Origin: Paracoccaceae bacterium | GTDB lineage: Bacteria; Pseudomonadota; Alphaproteobacteria; Rhodobacterales; Rhodobacteraceae | NCBI GenBank assembly: GCA_051646105.1 | Contig: JBOFCO010000234.1 | Span: 14,000 to 77,999 of the forward strand | Direction: 5' to 3' | DNA length: 64,000 bases | In this document: one piece after another, positions 35,647-45,754 of the stretch | How positions within the stretch are numbered: position 1 is the first letter of the stretch | Layout of the letters: each line of letters starts with the position of its first letter | Program-made: the position numbers and the translations under genes | The notes under the pieces: generated by a model | Told to the model about the DNA's origin: nothing | What the model saw: the letters and a program-made list of their open reading frames with translations, nothing else | Database searches by the model: none

Positions 35647-36914
35647 TGTTCGATCTTCTGATAAAGGGCGGAACCCTGCCCGACGGAAACGTTGCCGACA
35701 TTGGCATCACTGGCGACCGTATTGCAGCCATGGGGCGGCTGGATGGGGCCGCGGCAAAGATGATCGACGCAACGGGCGATCTTGTTTCCCCGCCCTTTGT
35801 CGATCCGCATTTCCACATGGATGCGACGCTGTCGTACGGGTTGCCGCGCGTGAATGCCAGCGGCACGCTTCTGGAAGGCATCGGCCTGTGGGGAGAGTTG
35901 CGCGAAGTTGCCACGGTCGATGACATGGTCGACCGCGCAGTGACCTATTGTGACTGGGCGGCCAGCATGGGCCTGCTGGCGATCCGTACCCATGTCGACA
36001 CCACGCCCGACCACCTGCGGGGGGTGGAGGCGATGCTGGAGGTGAAACGCCGCGTTGCAGGCTATATCGACCTGCAACTGGTGGCCTTTCCGCAGGATGG
36101 GCTTTACCGCACCGCGACCGGGCGCGAAAACCTGCTGCGGGCGCTGGATATGGGGGTGGATGTCGTTGGCGGCATCCCCCATTTCGAACGCACAATGGAG
36201 GAGGGCGCGGAAAGCCTGCGCGATCTGGCGCGCATCGCAGCCGAGCGCGGCCTGATGTGGGATGTGCACTGCGATGAAACCGATGATCCGATGTCGCGGC
36301 ATGTGGAAACCATGGCGCGAGAGGTGACGCGGCACGGCCTGGCGGGCCGCGCGGCGGGCAGTCATCTGACATCCATGCATTCGATGGACAATTACTATGT
36401 GTCCAAGCTGCTGCCGCTGATTGCGGAAAGCGGCATGACGGCAATTCCCAACCCCCTGATCAACATCACCCTGCAAGGCCGCCATGACAGCTATCCCAAG
36501 CGGCGCGGCCTGACCCGGGTGAAGGAGATGCAGGCGCTGGGCATACCCGTGGGCTGGGGTCAGGATTGCGTGCTGGACCCATGGTATTCACTGGGAACGG
36601 CGGACATGCTGGATGTGGCCTTCATGGGGCTGCATGTCGCGCAGATGACGCATCCTGACGAAATGGCACGCTGCTTCACCATGGTGACGGAAACAAATGC
36701 GCAGATCATGGGGCTTGAGGGGTATGGCCTGAAGGTCGGCGCTACCGCGAGCCTTGTGGTGCTGGATGCAGGCAACCGGGTCGAGGCATTGCGCCTGCGT
36801 CCCGACCGCCTTCTGGTCGTATCAAAGGGAAAGGTCGTCGCGACGCGCGACCGCAACGACGCACGCCTTTCCATTCCCGGCAGGCCGACCAGCGTCAGGC
36901 GCCGTCACGGATAG
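35646..36914 (+). CDS. Cytosine-deaminase-family amidohydrolase
   Basis: FDLLIKGGTLPDG...PPFVDPHFHMD (HxH metal site) and the overall amidohydrolase_3/CodA-like pattern. ATG at 35646 overlaps the permease stop; a GTG at 35643 is an alternative start. Confidence 0.8.
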   Translation: MFDLLIKGGTLPDGNVADIGITGDRIAAMGRLDGAAAKMIDATGDLVSPPFVDPHFHMDATLSYGLPRVNASGTLLEGIGLWGELREVATVDDMVDRAVTYCDWAASMGLLAIRTHVDTTPDHLRGVEAMLEVKRRVAGYIDLQLVAFPQDGLYRTATGRENLLRALDMGVDVVGGIPHFERTMEEGAESLRDLARIAAERGLMWDVHCDETDDPMSRHVETMAREVTRHGLAGRAAGSHLTSMHSMDNYYVSKLLPLIAESGMTAIPNPLINITLQGRHDSYPKRRGLTRVKEMQALGIPVGWGQDCVLDPWYSLGTADMLDVAFMGLHVAQMTHPDEMARCFTMVTETNAQIMGLEGYGLKVGATASLVVLDAGNRVEALRLRPDRLLVVSKGKVVATRDRNDARLSIPGRPTSVRRRHG

Positions 36915-36932
36915 CGGAACTGGCTTTGTCGA

Positions 36933-37718
36933 TCATGACATGATCAACCCGCCGTCGACATTGATGGTCTGCCCGGTGATGTAGGCCGCATCGGGAGAGG
37001 CGAGGAAGGCCACCAGTGCGCCCACCTCTGCCGGTGTACCCGCACGACCCATGGGAATGCCGCGCACCCACTCTGCCATAAGTTCGCCCGGGCCATAGTC
37101 GCCCAGCATCTGGCCCCAGACGCGGTCGTTGTAATCCCACATTTCGGTATGGATGATGCCGGGACAGATCGCATTTGCGGTGATCCCCTCGCGGGCCAGC
37201 TCCTTGGCCAGGCTCTGCGTCAACCCGACCACGCCGAATTTCGATGCGGCGTAATGCGGGGTATAGATGAAGCCCTGCCGCGCCTGTCCCGATGCCGTGT
37301 TGATCAGCCTGCCCTTCGTTCCGCTGGCGCGGAAGCGGCGGATCGCCTCCTGACAGCACAGGAACACACCCTTGGTGTTCACATCAAGGTTCAGGTCCCA
37401 TTCCCGTTCGGTCAGATCCTCGACCTTTGCGATGGTGATGACGCCAGCGTTCTGGACCGAAACGGAAAGCGTACCCAGCCTTGCCTCGGTTTCGGTAAAG
37501 GCATCCCTGACAGCCTGAGCATCCGTCACATCCAGAACCAGCCCCAACACCTCTGCCCCGCAGTCCTGCGCAATAGCTGCCGCTGCATCCGGCGTATCCT
37601 TTTCGATGGCGGCTATCGCCACCTTCGCGCCTTCCTGCGCGAAACGGGTGGCGATGCCCCGCCCGATACCCTTGTTGCCACCGGTCACCATGACCGTCTG
37701 TCCTGCAAAGCGTTTCAT
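36933..37718 (-). CDS. SDR-family polyol (sorbitol/iditol-type) dehydrogenase
   Basis: VTGGNKGIGRGIA cofactor motif, YAASKFGVVG catalytic YxxxK. Resembles short-chain sorbitol dehydrogenases of Rhodobacter-type bacteria. Confidence 0.8.
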   Translation of the reverse strand: MKRFAGQTVMVTGGNKGIGRGIATRFAQEGAKVAIAAIEKDTPDAAAAIAQDCGAEVLGLVLDVTDAQAVRDAFTETEARLGTLSVSVQNAGVITIAKVEDLTEREWDLNLDVNTKGVFLCCQEAIRRFRASGTKGRLINTASGQARQGFIYTPHYAASKFGVVGLTQSLAKELAREGITANAICPGIIHTEMWDYNDRVWGQMLGDYGPGELMAEWVRGIPMGRAGTPAEVGALVAFLASPDAAYITGQTINVDGGLIMS

Positions 37719-37766
37719 GTCGTTCCTCCGTAAACGCGGCAGGCAAGGCGGGCTTTCCCGATGGGA

Positions 37767-38717
37767 TCACTCCGTCAGACGTGCCGCGGTGAATTTGTCT
37801 GTCACCAGAATGTCGATCACACCCAGCCGAAGCGCCCCGGCGATGGCGGTTGTCTTGGATTCTCCGCCAGCCAGCGCCATGACGCGACCGGCCTTTCTAA
37901 GCTGTTCCAGCGATATGCCGATGACCCGTTCATTCAGGGGCGTTTCGACCGGCTGGCCGTGCCTGTCGAAGAAGCGGAAGGATATCTCGCCCACGGCGCC
38001 CGCCTCATTCAGCATTGTCAGTTCCTGCGGCGAAAAGACATTGCCCGATCGCGCCAGAAGCTCTGAGGGTTCCACCGCTCCGATCCCGACGATTGCAAGG
38101 TCAAGGCGGGCGAACAGATCCATCGTTCCGCGCACGACCGGATCCGCGAGCATGACCAGCTTTGCCTCTCGCGAGGATGTGATGCCCTGCACCAGCAACA
38201 GCCGGGATTCGGCCCCGGTCAGCCTGGCAAGCCGCCCGATCAGTTCTGTTGCATGGGTCTGGACCGAAGCCTCGCCCATGCCGCCAAGCATCTGCACGAC
38301 ATATTTCGCCTTAGTTCCGCGGAAAGGATGGATGTTGTCCACCATACGCAGGATCGTTTGACTCCAGCTTGAAACGCCGATGATTTCGTCCTGCTGGATC
38401 GTCACTTCCAGAAAATGCGCTGCGGCTTCGCCGATCCGCGCCATGATCGCGCCCGCGCGGTCTTCCGAGCAGTCGATGACGATGGCTTCTGTCAGGCCAT
38501 ATTTCTCTCGCAGCGCCCCTTCCAGATCGGCAAAAGTGCCGGGCGGCGGAATGACCGTTGTGCGAACGATCTCCTCCGTTTCCGCGCGCTTCAGCATTCG
38601 GGAAACCGTTGCTTGTGACATGCGCAGGATTTCTGCGATCTCCGCCTGTCGCTTGCCTTCGATGTGATACATCTGTGCGACACGGGCGATCAGGCGTAGT
38701 TCATTGATCCGACCCAT
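37767..38717 (-). CDS. SorC/DeoR-type sugar-binding transcriptional regulator
   Basis: Start at MGRINELRLIARVAQMYHIEGKRQAEIAEILRMSQATVSRMLKRAE (aa 77 of ORF 37767..38945), followed by a sugar-binding domain. Confidence 0.8.
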   Translation of the reverse strand: MGRINELRLIARVAQMYHIEGKRQAEIAEILRMSQATVSRMLKRAETEEIVRTTVIPPPGTFADLEGALREKYGLTEAIVIDCSEDRAGAIMARIGEAAAHFLEVTIQQDEIIGVSSWSQTILRMVDNIHPFRGTKAKYVVQMLGGMGEASVQTHATELIGRLARLTGAESRLLLVQGITSSREAKLVMLADPVVRGTMDLFARLDLAIVGIGAVEPSELLARSGNVFSPQELTMLNEAGAVGEISFRFFDRHGQPVETPLNERVIGISLEQLRKAGRVMALAGGESKTTAIAGALRLGVIDILVTDKFTAARLTE

Positions 38718-38739
38718 CTGCTTCTCCGGGCATGAATTT

Positions 38740-40209
38740 TTATTCACCCTTATTGGAGAAAGACGGGGCAGTCGAGCGGGCAATGGCATCCTGCCAGATA
38801 CGCAACCGTTCCGGGGTATCACCAGCGCGGGGTGACAGTTCGGTACCCTGCCGTGGCAGTGCGGCAATGGCTGCAAGATCAGGCCAGATGCCCAAGGACA
38901 ATCCGGCAAGATATGCGGCACCCAGGGCGGATGCTTCCGGGGCATCGCACTGGATGAGTGGATGGTTGATCGTGTCGGCCACGCACTGCATCAGGAAGGT
39001 GTTGCTGCTGGGGCCGCCATCGGCAAACAGCCGCCCCAGCGGAACGGGGGATTGGGCCGACATCACTGCGAACACGTCATGCGCCTGAAGGGCCATGGAA
39101 TCCGTTACTGCCCGCGCCATTTGCGCCCGCGTGGTGTTGAAGGTGATGCCGCAGAACAGCGCCCGGGCATCGCTGTGCCAGTGGGGGGCGCCAAGCCCGA
39201 CGAAGGCGGGGACAAAGCCGGGGCCATGCGGTTCGGCCGTGGCGGCCAGATCGGTCAGCGCCTGCACATCGGACAGGCCCAGAATATCGACCATCCAGGG
39301 CAGCGCGGCGGCGGAAACAAGGATGTTGCCTTCAAAGGCATAGGTGGGCATTCCGGCGATGGACCAGGCGATGGTGGTGGTGATGCCGTTTCTTGGTGCG
39401 ATATAGGCAGGCAGGGTCGTCATGATGGATGACCCCGTGCCGAAGGTCACCTTGCCGTCACCGGGGACAAAGGCGCCGTGGCCGAACAGGGCCGCATGGC
39501 TGTCGCCGATGGCGGAGCAGATCGGTGTTCCATCCGGCAGACCGGGGATGCCACGAGTCATGCCAAAGGCCGAAGCACTGTCGCGGACCGCCGGCAGGCA
39601 GGATACGGGCACGCCGAACAATGCGCAAAGCTCCTCGCTCCACCGCTGGCCCTTCAGGTCATACAGCTGGCTTCGCGCCGCGTTGGAAGCATCGCAGGCA
39701 TGAACGGCACCGCCCGTAAAGCAGTGGATCAGCCAGGCATCGACGGTGCCAAGCCGCACGTTGTTGCCCGCAGGCACCCGATCCAGCAGCCATTTCATCT
39801 TTGGTCCGGGGAACATCGGATCGATGGGCAGGCCGGTCAGTTCCTGCACGCGCGGCGCATGACCTGCCGCGACCAGACTTGCGCAGTCGGGTGCCGTGCG
39901 GCGGCATTGCCAGCTTACGACAGGGCCAAGCGGTTGTCCGGTGACGGCGTCCCAGGCTGTGACCGACTCTCGCTGGTTGGAAATCGCGACCCCAAGGATT
40001 TCTGTTGCCGGGGCAGCTTTCAGGCAGTTCGAGATGGCTTCAAGAACCGAAGTCCACAGCCGTATCGGATCCTGCTCCACCCAGCCGGGTTGCGGATGTG
40101 AAATGCCGACAGGGGAAGACCCGCGCGCCAGTATTTCGCCGCTCTCGGCAACCAGAACGGCCTTGGAGTTCGTTGTCCCCTGATCGATGGCAAGAATGGC
40201 GCGGGTCAT
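38740..40209 (-). CDS. FGGY-family carbohydrate kinase
   Basis: N-terminal ILAIDQGTTNSKAVL phosphate-1 motif. 489 aa, glycerol/xylulose-kinase-like. Confidence 0.85.
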   Translation of the reverse strand: MTRAILAIDQGTTNSKAVLVAESGEILARGSSPVGISHPQPGWVEQDPIRLWTSVLEAISNCLKAAPATEILGVAISNQRESVTAWDAVTGQPLGPVVSWQCRRTAPDCASLVAAGHAPRVQELTGLPIDPMFPGPKMKWLLDRVPAGNNVRLGTVDAWLIHCFTGGAVHACDASNAARSQLYDLKGQRWSEELCALFGVPVSCLPAVRDSASAFGMTRGIPGLPDGTPICSAIGDSHAALFGHGAFVPGDGKVTFGTGSSIMTTLPAYIAPRNGITTTIAWSIAGMPTYAFEGNILVSAAALPWMVDILGLSDVQALTDLAATAEPHGPGFVPAFVGLGAPHWHSDARALFCGITFNTTRAQMARAVTDSMALQAHDVFAVMSAQSPVPLGRLFADGGPSSNTFLMQCVADTINHPLIQCDAPEASALGAAYLAGLSLGIWPDLAAIAALPRQGTELSPRAGDTPERLRIWQDAIARSTAPSFSNKGE

Positions 40210-40251
40210 GTCAGCCTCTGCGGGTTCGGTTCATGTGATGGGGGATTGCCG

Positions 40252-41235
40252 TCAACCCCGGCCTGATTTGCGCGCGATCAGCACCTTTGCGGCCTCGGCC
40301 ACGGCTGCCGGGGCCATGCCGAATTCATCCAGCAGAAACTCTGCCGATCCCGTGGGCGCAAAGATACCGGGCACGCCCAGAATTTTCATCGGGGCGGGTG
40401 CCTCTGCCACCACGACCTCGGCTATGGCGGAGCCAAGGCCGCCGAAAACCGAATGCTCCTCGGCCGTCAGGATCGCGCCTGTGTCGCGCACCGCTGCAAT
40501 GACGGCATCGGTGTCGATGGGGCGCACGGTGGCCATGTTCAGAACCCGCGCCTCGATCCCTTCCAGCGCAAGAATATCGGCTGCCTTCATCATCCGGTGG
40601 GTCAATGTGCCGTTGGCGATCAGCGTTACCGCATCCCCATCGCGCAGCAGGTTGGCCTTGCCCGGTTCAAAGCGATGATCCGACGGCAGCAGATCGGGGA
40701 CGCCCACCCGCGACAGGCGCAGGAACACCGGACCATCGTGACCGGCAGCCCATTCCACGGCGGCGGCGGTTTCGATGGAATCGCAGGGCGCGATCACCGG
40801 AAGGTTCGGAAGCACGCGGGTCCAGGCGAAATCCTCGACCGAATGATGCGTCGGCCCCAACTCTCCATAAGCCATGCCGGACGAGATTCCGATCAGTTTC
40901 ACATTGGCATTCGAATAGGCGATGTCAGCCTTGATCTGTTCCAGCGAACGCCCCGTCAGAAAGCAGGCAGCGCCGCAGACAAATGGCAGCAATCCACCAT
41001 TTGCCAGACCGGCACCCACACCAACCATGTTCTGTTCGGCAATACCGACGTTCACCAGCCGTTCCGGAAAACGGGATTTGAAACCGCCCAGTTTGGACGA
41101 CCCGACTGAATCGTTGCAGACAGCCACGATACGCGGGTTTTCGGCGCCGAGACGTTCCAGAACTGCGACAAAGGCGTCGCGGCAGTCATGCAACTTTGCG
41201 GGAGATGTCGAAGATACCGTCGAGGCGTTCATCAC
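40252..41235 (-). CDS. Transketolase, C-terminal (pyrimidine-binding) subunit of a split transketolase
   Basis: VNVGIAEQNMVGVGAGLANGG motif. 327 aa. Its start overlaps the stop of the N-terminal subunit gene. Confidence 0.9.
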   Translation of the reverse strand: MMNASTVSSTSPAKLHDCRDAFVAVLERLGAENPRIVAVCNDSVGSSKLGGFKSRFPERLVNVGIAEQNMVGVGAGLANGGLLPFVCGAACFLTGRSLEQIKADIAYSNANVKLIGISSGMAYGELGPTHHSVEDFAWTRVLPNLPVIAPCDSIETAAAVEWAAGHDGPVFLRLSRVGVPDLLPSDHRFEPGKANLLRDGDAVTLIANGTLTHRMMKAADILALEGIEARVLNMATVRPIDTDAVIAAVRDTGAILTAEEHSVFGGLGSAIAEVVVAEAPAPMKILGVPGIFAPTGSAEFLLDEFGMAPAAVAEAAKVLIARKSGRG

Positions 41236-42053
41236 AGGGTCTCCGAAAGTTCGGCCAGGGCAATTTTGTATTGTTCGGCGTTCGGCACCTTGTGATGCCA
41301 GTCAACCTTGTCCTGCATGAAAGAAATGCCATGACCCTTGTTGGTGTGGGCGATGATTGCATGAGGCCGCGAGGTTCGCTTTTCCAGTGCAGGGACAATC
41401 TGCGCCATGTCGTTGCCGTCGATCTCTGTCACGTCCCAGCCAAAGGCAGCCAGTTTCGACGCGAAGGGGGCCAGATTGTTGGTGTCTTTCAGCGCTGCGC
41501 CCTGCTGAAAACGGTTGTGGTCGATGATCAGGGTCATGTTGTCCAGCCCGAACTGTGCCGCAGCGCTGATCGCTTCCCAGTTGGAGCCTTCCTGCATCTC
41601 GCCATCGCCGGTCATGACATAGGTGTGGTAGTCGGCGCCCGTCAGTTTGGCCGCTTTCGCCATTCCCACGGCAACCGGCAGGCCATGCCCCAGCGGCCCG
41701 GTGTTCGTTTCAACGCCGGGAACCTTGTTGCAGTTGGGGTGGCCGTTCAGACGGGAATAGGGTTTCAGAAAGGTTGCGATCTCTTCTTCCGGCAGGAAAC
41801 CGCGCTTTGCCAGCGTGACATAAAGCACAAGGGCCACATGGCCCTTCGACAACACGAAACGGTCGCGGTCCGGGTGCCTTGGCTGATCCGGCCAGATGCG
41901 GAGAACGCGAAAGTAAAGCGCCGTCAGAATGTCGGTCGCCGACATTTCACCACCGATATGGCCTGCGCCTGCTTCGACAACGGCTTGAAGATCGCGCCTG
42001 CGAATCTGGCGTGCGACCTGCGTTAGCTGCGATTCCGAATACTTGGTCTGCAC
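41232..42053 (-). CDS. Transketolase, N-terminal (thiamine-diphosphate-binding) subunit
   Basis: GHIGGEMSATDILTALYF, LSKGH and GDGEMQEGSNWEA motifs. 273 aa. Confidence 0.9.
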   Translation of the reverse strand: MQTKYSESQLTQVARQIRRRDLQAVVEAGAGHIGGEMSATDILTALYFRVLRIWPDQPRHPDRDRFVLSKGHVALVLYVTLAKRGFLPEEEIATFLKPYSRLNGHPNCNKVPGVETNTGPLGHGLPVAVGMAKAAKLTGADYHTYVMTGDGEMQEGSNWEAISAAAQFGLDNMTLIIDHNRFQQGAALKDTNNLAPFASKLAAFGWDVTEIDGNDMAQIVPALEKRTSRPHAIIAHTNKGHGISFMQDKVDWHHKVPNAEQYKIALAELSETL

Positions 42054-42231
42054 GGCATCCTCATGGCATAAATATTCAATATTAAAAAATTGTGCATTAC
42101 CACCAAGAAGTCAAGAGAATTATAGCAAGGGGGCGTCCACAATTGCCATTGACAGCGCGATACGAGAACAGATAAGTATTTTATACACAGTATGAATAAT
42201 TATGCTATAACTGTGGGCGGAGGTGAATGGG

Positions 42232-43206
42232 ATGGAGACACTGGCTGCGGATCGAGGGGACGGGCAGCGAAGCCTGTGGAAAGTGCTGAGCGGGGCCACA
42301 GGCCCCTTGATCGGCCTGATCCTGCTATGTGTTTTTCTGAGCATTGCGACAGACAAGTTTCTGTCGGTGCGGAACTTTCTGAACATCCTCGATCAGGTGA
42401 CCGTCCTTGGCATCATCGCGGTCGGCATGACGATGGTAATCCTGATCGGCGGTATCGATCTTGCCGTCGGTTCGGTTCTGGCCCTTGCGATGATGGTGCT
42501 TGGCTACCTGAACATCGAACTTGGCGTGCCGATGTATCTTGCCATGCCGGCAGCGCTGTTTGCGGCAGGAATGAACGGGTTTGCGGCTGGTATTCTCATT
42601 ACCAGGTTCAATGTTCCGGCTTTTATCGCAACTCTGGCAATGATGTCGGTGACACGCGGCATTGCAAACATGATCACCGACGGGCAGCAGCTGACAGGTT
42701 TTCCTGCCTGGTTCAACCTTGCGGCCATATCCCGATACGGCGGGATACTGACGACAACGGTCGCAGTCATGCTTGCCGTGTTTCTGGTGGCGCTGTTGTA
42801 CCTTCGGTATCGTTATGGTGGCCGGTCGCTTTATGCCATCGGCGGCAATCCCGAGGTGGCGCGTCTGGCCGGGATCAATGTCGCCCGCATGACCGTGCTC
42901 GTCTATACCATCTGCAGCGTGCTTGCAGGTCTTGCCGGACTGGTCCTGGCTGCCCGGCTGGATTCGGCGCAGCCCTCACTTGGAACATCCTACGAGCTCG
43001 ATGCGATTGCAGCGGTCGTTATCGGCGGCACGTCGCTGTCTGGTGGAACGGGCGGTATCGGCGGCACGATCATCGGCGTGCTGATCATTGGTGTTTTGCG
43101 CAACGGCCTGAACCTTCTGTCCGTTTCACCCTTCGTCCAGCAGGTCGTGATCGGGCTGGTCATCCTGATGGCCGTCGCAGCAGAGACGTTCCGCAAGCGG
43201 AACTGA
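42232..43206 (+). CDS. Ribose-type sugar ABC transporter permease
   Basis: ORF 42223..43206. The ATG at 42232 lies 8 nt after GGAGG. Typical RbsC-like hydrophobic profile. Confidence 0.85.
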   Translation: METLAADRGDGQRSLWKVLSGATGPLIGLILLCVFLSIATDKFLSVRNFLNILDQVTVLGIIAVGMTMVILIGGIDLAVGSVLALAMMVLGYLNIELGVPMYLAMPAALFAAGMNGFAAGILITRFNVPAFIATLAMMSVTRGIANMITDGQQLTGFPAWFNLAAISRYGGILTTTVAVMLAVFLVALLYLRYRYGGRSLYAIGGNPEVARLAGINVARMTVLVYTICSVLAGLAGLVLAARLDSAQPSLGTSYELDAIAAVVIGGTSLSGGTGGIGGTIIGVLIIGVLRNGLNLLSVSPFVQQVVIGLVILMAVAAETFRKRN

Positions 43207-43310
43207 ACATTCACCGCGGGGGATATCCCGCGGAAGAAGCGCCTGTCCCGTGCAGGCATCAAAGCGGACACCATGCTTCGGGTGCACCGCATCAACAGAG
43301 GAGGAACAAG

Positions 43311-44246
43311 ATGAAATTCAGCAAGACACTATTTACGGCGACAGCCTTGGCGCTGTCGATCCCCGGTATCGCAGCCGCGCAAGAGGTGAAGAAGATTGGC
43401 CTTGCCGTGCCGAACCTTCAGGCTGACTTCTTCAACCAGATCAAGCTGGGCGTTGAAAACTACGGCAAGGAAAAAGGGATCGAGGTCATCGTCGTTGACG
43501 CCAAGAACGACACCAACACACAGGTCAGCCAGGTGCAGGATCTGATGACCCAGGACATAGATGCCTTTATCTATATCCCCGCCGGTGCCGCTGCGGCAGC
43601 CGTTCCTACGCGCCTTGCCCGCGAGGCAGGGATTCCGGTCATCAACGTTGACCGCTTCCCCGAAGGAGAGCCGGGCGACACGTTCATCGCCGGGGAAAGC
43701 GTCGAATCGGCCTATCAGGTCTGCAAGTTCATCATCGAAAAGGCTGGCGGTTCCGGCAAAATGGCCATCATTCACGGCCAGAAAGGCACCACACCAGAAG
43801 TTGACCGCTTCACAGGCTGCAAGCGCGCCATCGACGAAAACGCCGGTGTGGAACTGATCGATCAGCAGTGGTCGCAGATGTGGTCGGCCGACGAGGGTTT
43901 CTCTATCGCGCAGAACATGCTTCAGGCGAACCCCGATCTGAAGATCATCTTCGGCCAGGCAGACGGTCTGGCGATGGGTGCGGCGAAAGCGGTCGAAGGC
44001 GCCGGTCTTGCCGATCAGGTCATCATCGGTGGCTATGACGGTGACATGTCGGCGCTGGAATATCTGTCGAAATGCGAAGGTCCGTATATCGTGACGGCGA
44101 CGCAAAGCACGCGCACGATGGGCAAGATGGCTGTTGACGCCGCCATTGCCGCAGCCGCGGGCGAAACGCTGCCCGAACGTCAGACCCCCAATGCCGTGCT
44201 TACACCCTGCGAAGACGCAGGCAAGTATCTTACCGATCACCCGTGA
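43311..44246 (+). CDS. Sugar ABC transporter substrate-binding protein
   Basis: Signal peptide MKFSKTLFTATALALSIPGIAAA, then KKIGLAVPNLQADFFNQIKLG. GAGGAG RBS. It is the in-frame C-terminal part of the artefactual 684-aa ORF 42192..44246. Confidence 0.85.
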   Translation: MKFSKTLFTATALALSIPGIAAAQEVKKIGLAVPNLQADFFNQIKLGVENYGKEKGIEVIVVDAKNDTNTQVSQVQDLMTQDIDAFIYIPAGAAAAAVPTRLAREAGIPVINVDRFPEGEPGDTFIAGESVESAYQVCKFIIEKAGGSGKMAIIHGQKGTTPEVDRFTGCKRAIDENAGVELIDQQWSQMWSADEGFSIAQNMLQANPDLKIIFGQADGLAMGAAKAVEGAGLADQVIIGGYDGDMSALEYLSKCEGPYIVTATQSTRTMGKMAVDAAIAAAAGETLPERQTPNAVLTPCEDAGKYLTDHP

Positions 44247-44253
44247 GGCAGTG

Positions 44254-45741
44254 ATGACCGGGCGCACACCGATCCTTTCCCTTCGCGGTATCCACAAGTC
44301 ATACGGCCCGACAGAGGTGCTGCATGGCGTGGATTTCGATGTGAATCCGGGGGAGGTCGTGGCGCTTCTGGGGGAAAACGGTGCCGGAAAGTCAACGCTT
44401 TCCGGCATCATTGCCGGGTCGATCCAACCTTCGACAGGCACGATGACCTGGTTGGGGCAGCCCTATGCCCCGGCCAACCCGCGCGAGGCGCTGGACAGTG
44501 GGCTTGGCCTTATCCATCAGGAATTGCGATTGCTTCCGCACCTGTCCATTGCCGAAAACGTCTTTGTCGGTCGCTACATGATGAAAGGCGGCAGGATCGA
44601 CCGCCCCGCGATGGAGGTACGTGCCCATGCGGGATTGCAGCGACTGGGGTTGGAAATCTCACCTCGTCGCAAGGTTGCGGGGCTTTCCACGGCGAACCAG
44701 CAACTGATCGAAATTGCCAAGGCACTGACACTGAATGCCAGGCTTCTGATCCTGGATGAGCCGACCGCTGCATTAGGCGGTGACGAAACACAATTGCTTT
44801 TCCGTCAGATCGAACGACTGAAATCCGAAGGGGTCGGGATCATCTACATCTCGCACCGGCTTGAGGAAATCCGCCAGATCGCGGACCGCATCGTGGTCAT
44901 GCGCGATGGGTCAAAGGTGCAGGAATTCGATACCGGCAATGTTCCCGTCCGCAACATCGTCGAGGCGATGGTAGGGCGGTCGCTGGATCGCATGTTCCCG
45001 GCGATGCCCGATCCGCAGCAGGCGGTCACACTGGAAGTGCGGGGCCTGTCCTCACCTGCCGGGCCGTTCCGCGACATCAGTTTTTCCGTGCGCAAGGGAG
45101 AGATCTTTGGCATCGCGGGCCTTGTCGGCGCAGGCAGGACCGAACTTGTGCGCGCGATCACCGGCGCCGATCCGGTCGCGGCGGGGCAGGTGCTACTTGA
45201 TGGTGCCGAAATCACACCCCGCCAGCCCTGGCAGGCGATCGGACATGGGATCGTGCTGGTTCCCGAGGATCGCAAGCAGCAGGGGCTGATCCTTGACCAT
45301 TCGATTGCCGAGAACATCGGCTATTGTAATCGGGATGCCCTGGGAACGCGGGGTTTTGTGAATGCGCGCAGGCTTCGTGATTTTGCTGCCGCCAATATCC
45401 GCAGGTTTGGCGTGAAGGGCACAGGAAGCCAGAACGCCGGGGAAATGTCCGGAGGAAACCAGCAGAAGATCGTGCTTGCCAAGTGGCTGGCCCGCGATCC
45501 TCGCGTCGTCGTGCTGGACGAACCGACGCGCGGGATTGATGTTGGCGCACGTTCGTCGATCTATGAAATCATTCGTGATCTTGCAGCCGATGGCCGCAGC
45601 GTGATCGTGGTCAGCTCTGATCTCGAAGAAGTGTTGGGCGTATCGCACAGGATCATGGTGATGGCCCATGGCCGTCAGGCCGGCATTCTGGATCGAAGCG
45701 CGGCCAACGACGTGTCCGTGATGGAACTTGCCACCAGTTGA
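44254..45741 (+). CDS. Sugar ABC transporter ATP-binding protein (duplicated ATPase)
   Basis: Walker A GENGAGKST and signature MSGGNQQK. Start at aa 41 of ORF 44134..45741. Confidence 0.9.
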   Translation: MTGRTPILSLRGIHKSYGPTEVLHGVDFDVNPGEVVALLGENGAGKSTLSGIIAGSIQPSTGTMTWLGQPYAPANPREALDSGLGLIHQELRLLPHLSIAENVFVGRYMMKGGRIDRPAMEVRAHAGLQRLGLEISPRRKVAGLSTANQQLIEIAKALTLNARLLILDEPTAALGGDETQLLFRQIERLKSEGVGIIYISHRLEEIRQIADRIVVMRDGSKVQEFDTGNVPVRNIVEAMVGRSLDRMFPAMPDPQQAVTLEVRGLSSPAGPFRDISFSVRKGEIFGIAGLVGAGRTELVRAITGADPVAAGQVLLDGAEITPRQPWQAIGHGIVLVPEDRKQQGLILDHSIAENIGYCNRDALGTRGFVNARRLRDFAAANIRRFGVKGTGSQNAGEMSGGNQQKIVLAKWLARDPRVVVLDEPTRGIDVGARSSIYEIIRDLAADGRSVIVVSSDLEEVLGVSHRIMVMAHGRQAGILDRSAANDVSVMELATS

Positions 45742-45754
45742 TCCAAGGAAAACC

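Noticed and set aside
42192-44246. 684-aa plus-strand ORF apparently fusing the permease region to the sugar-binding protein
   Set aside because: Only the last 311 aa (from MKFSKTLF, with its own RBS and signal peptide) look like a real protein. The N-terminal part is an out-of-frame read-through of the permease gene with Arg/Gly-rich nonsense sequence.
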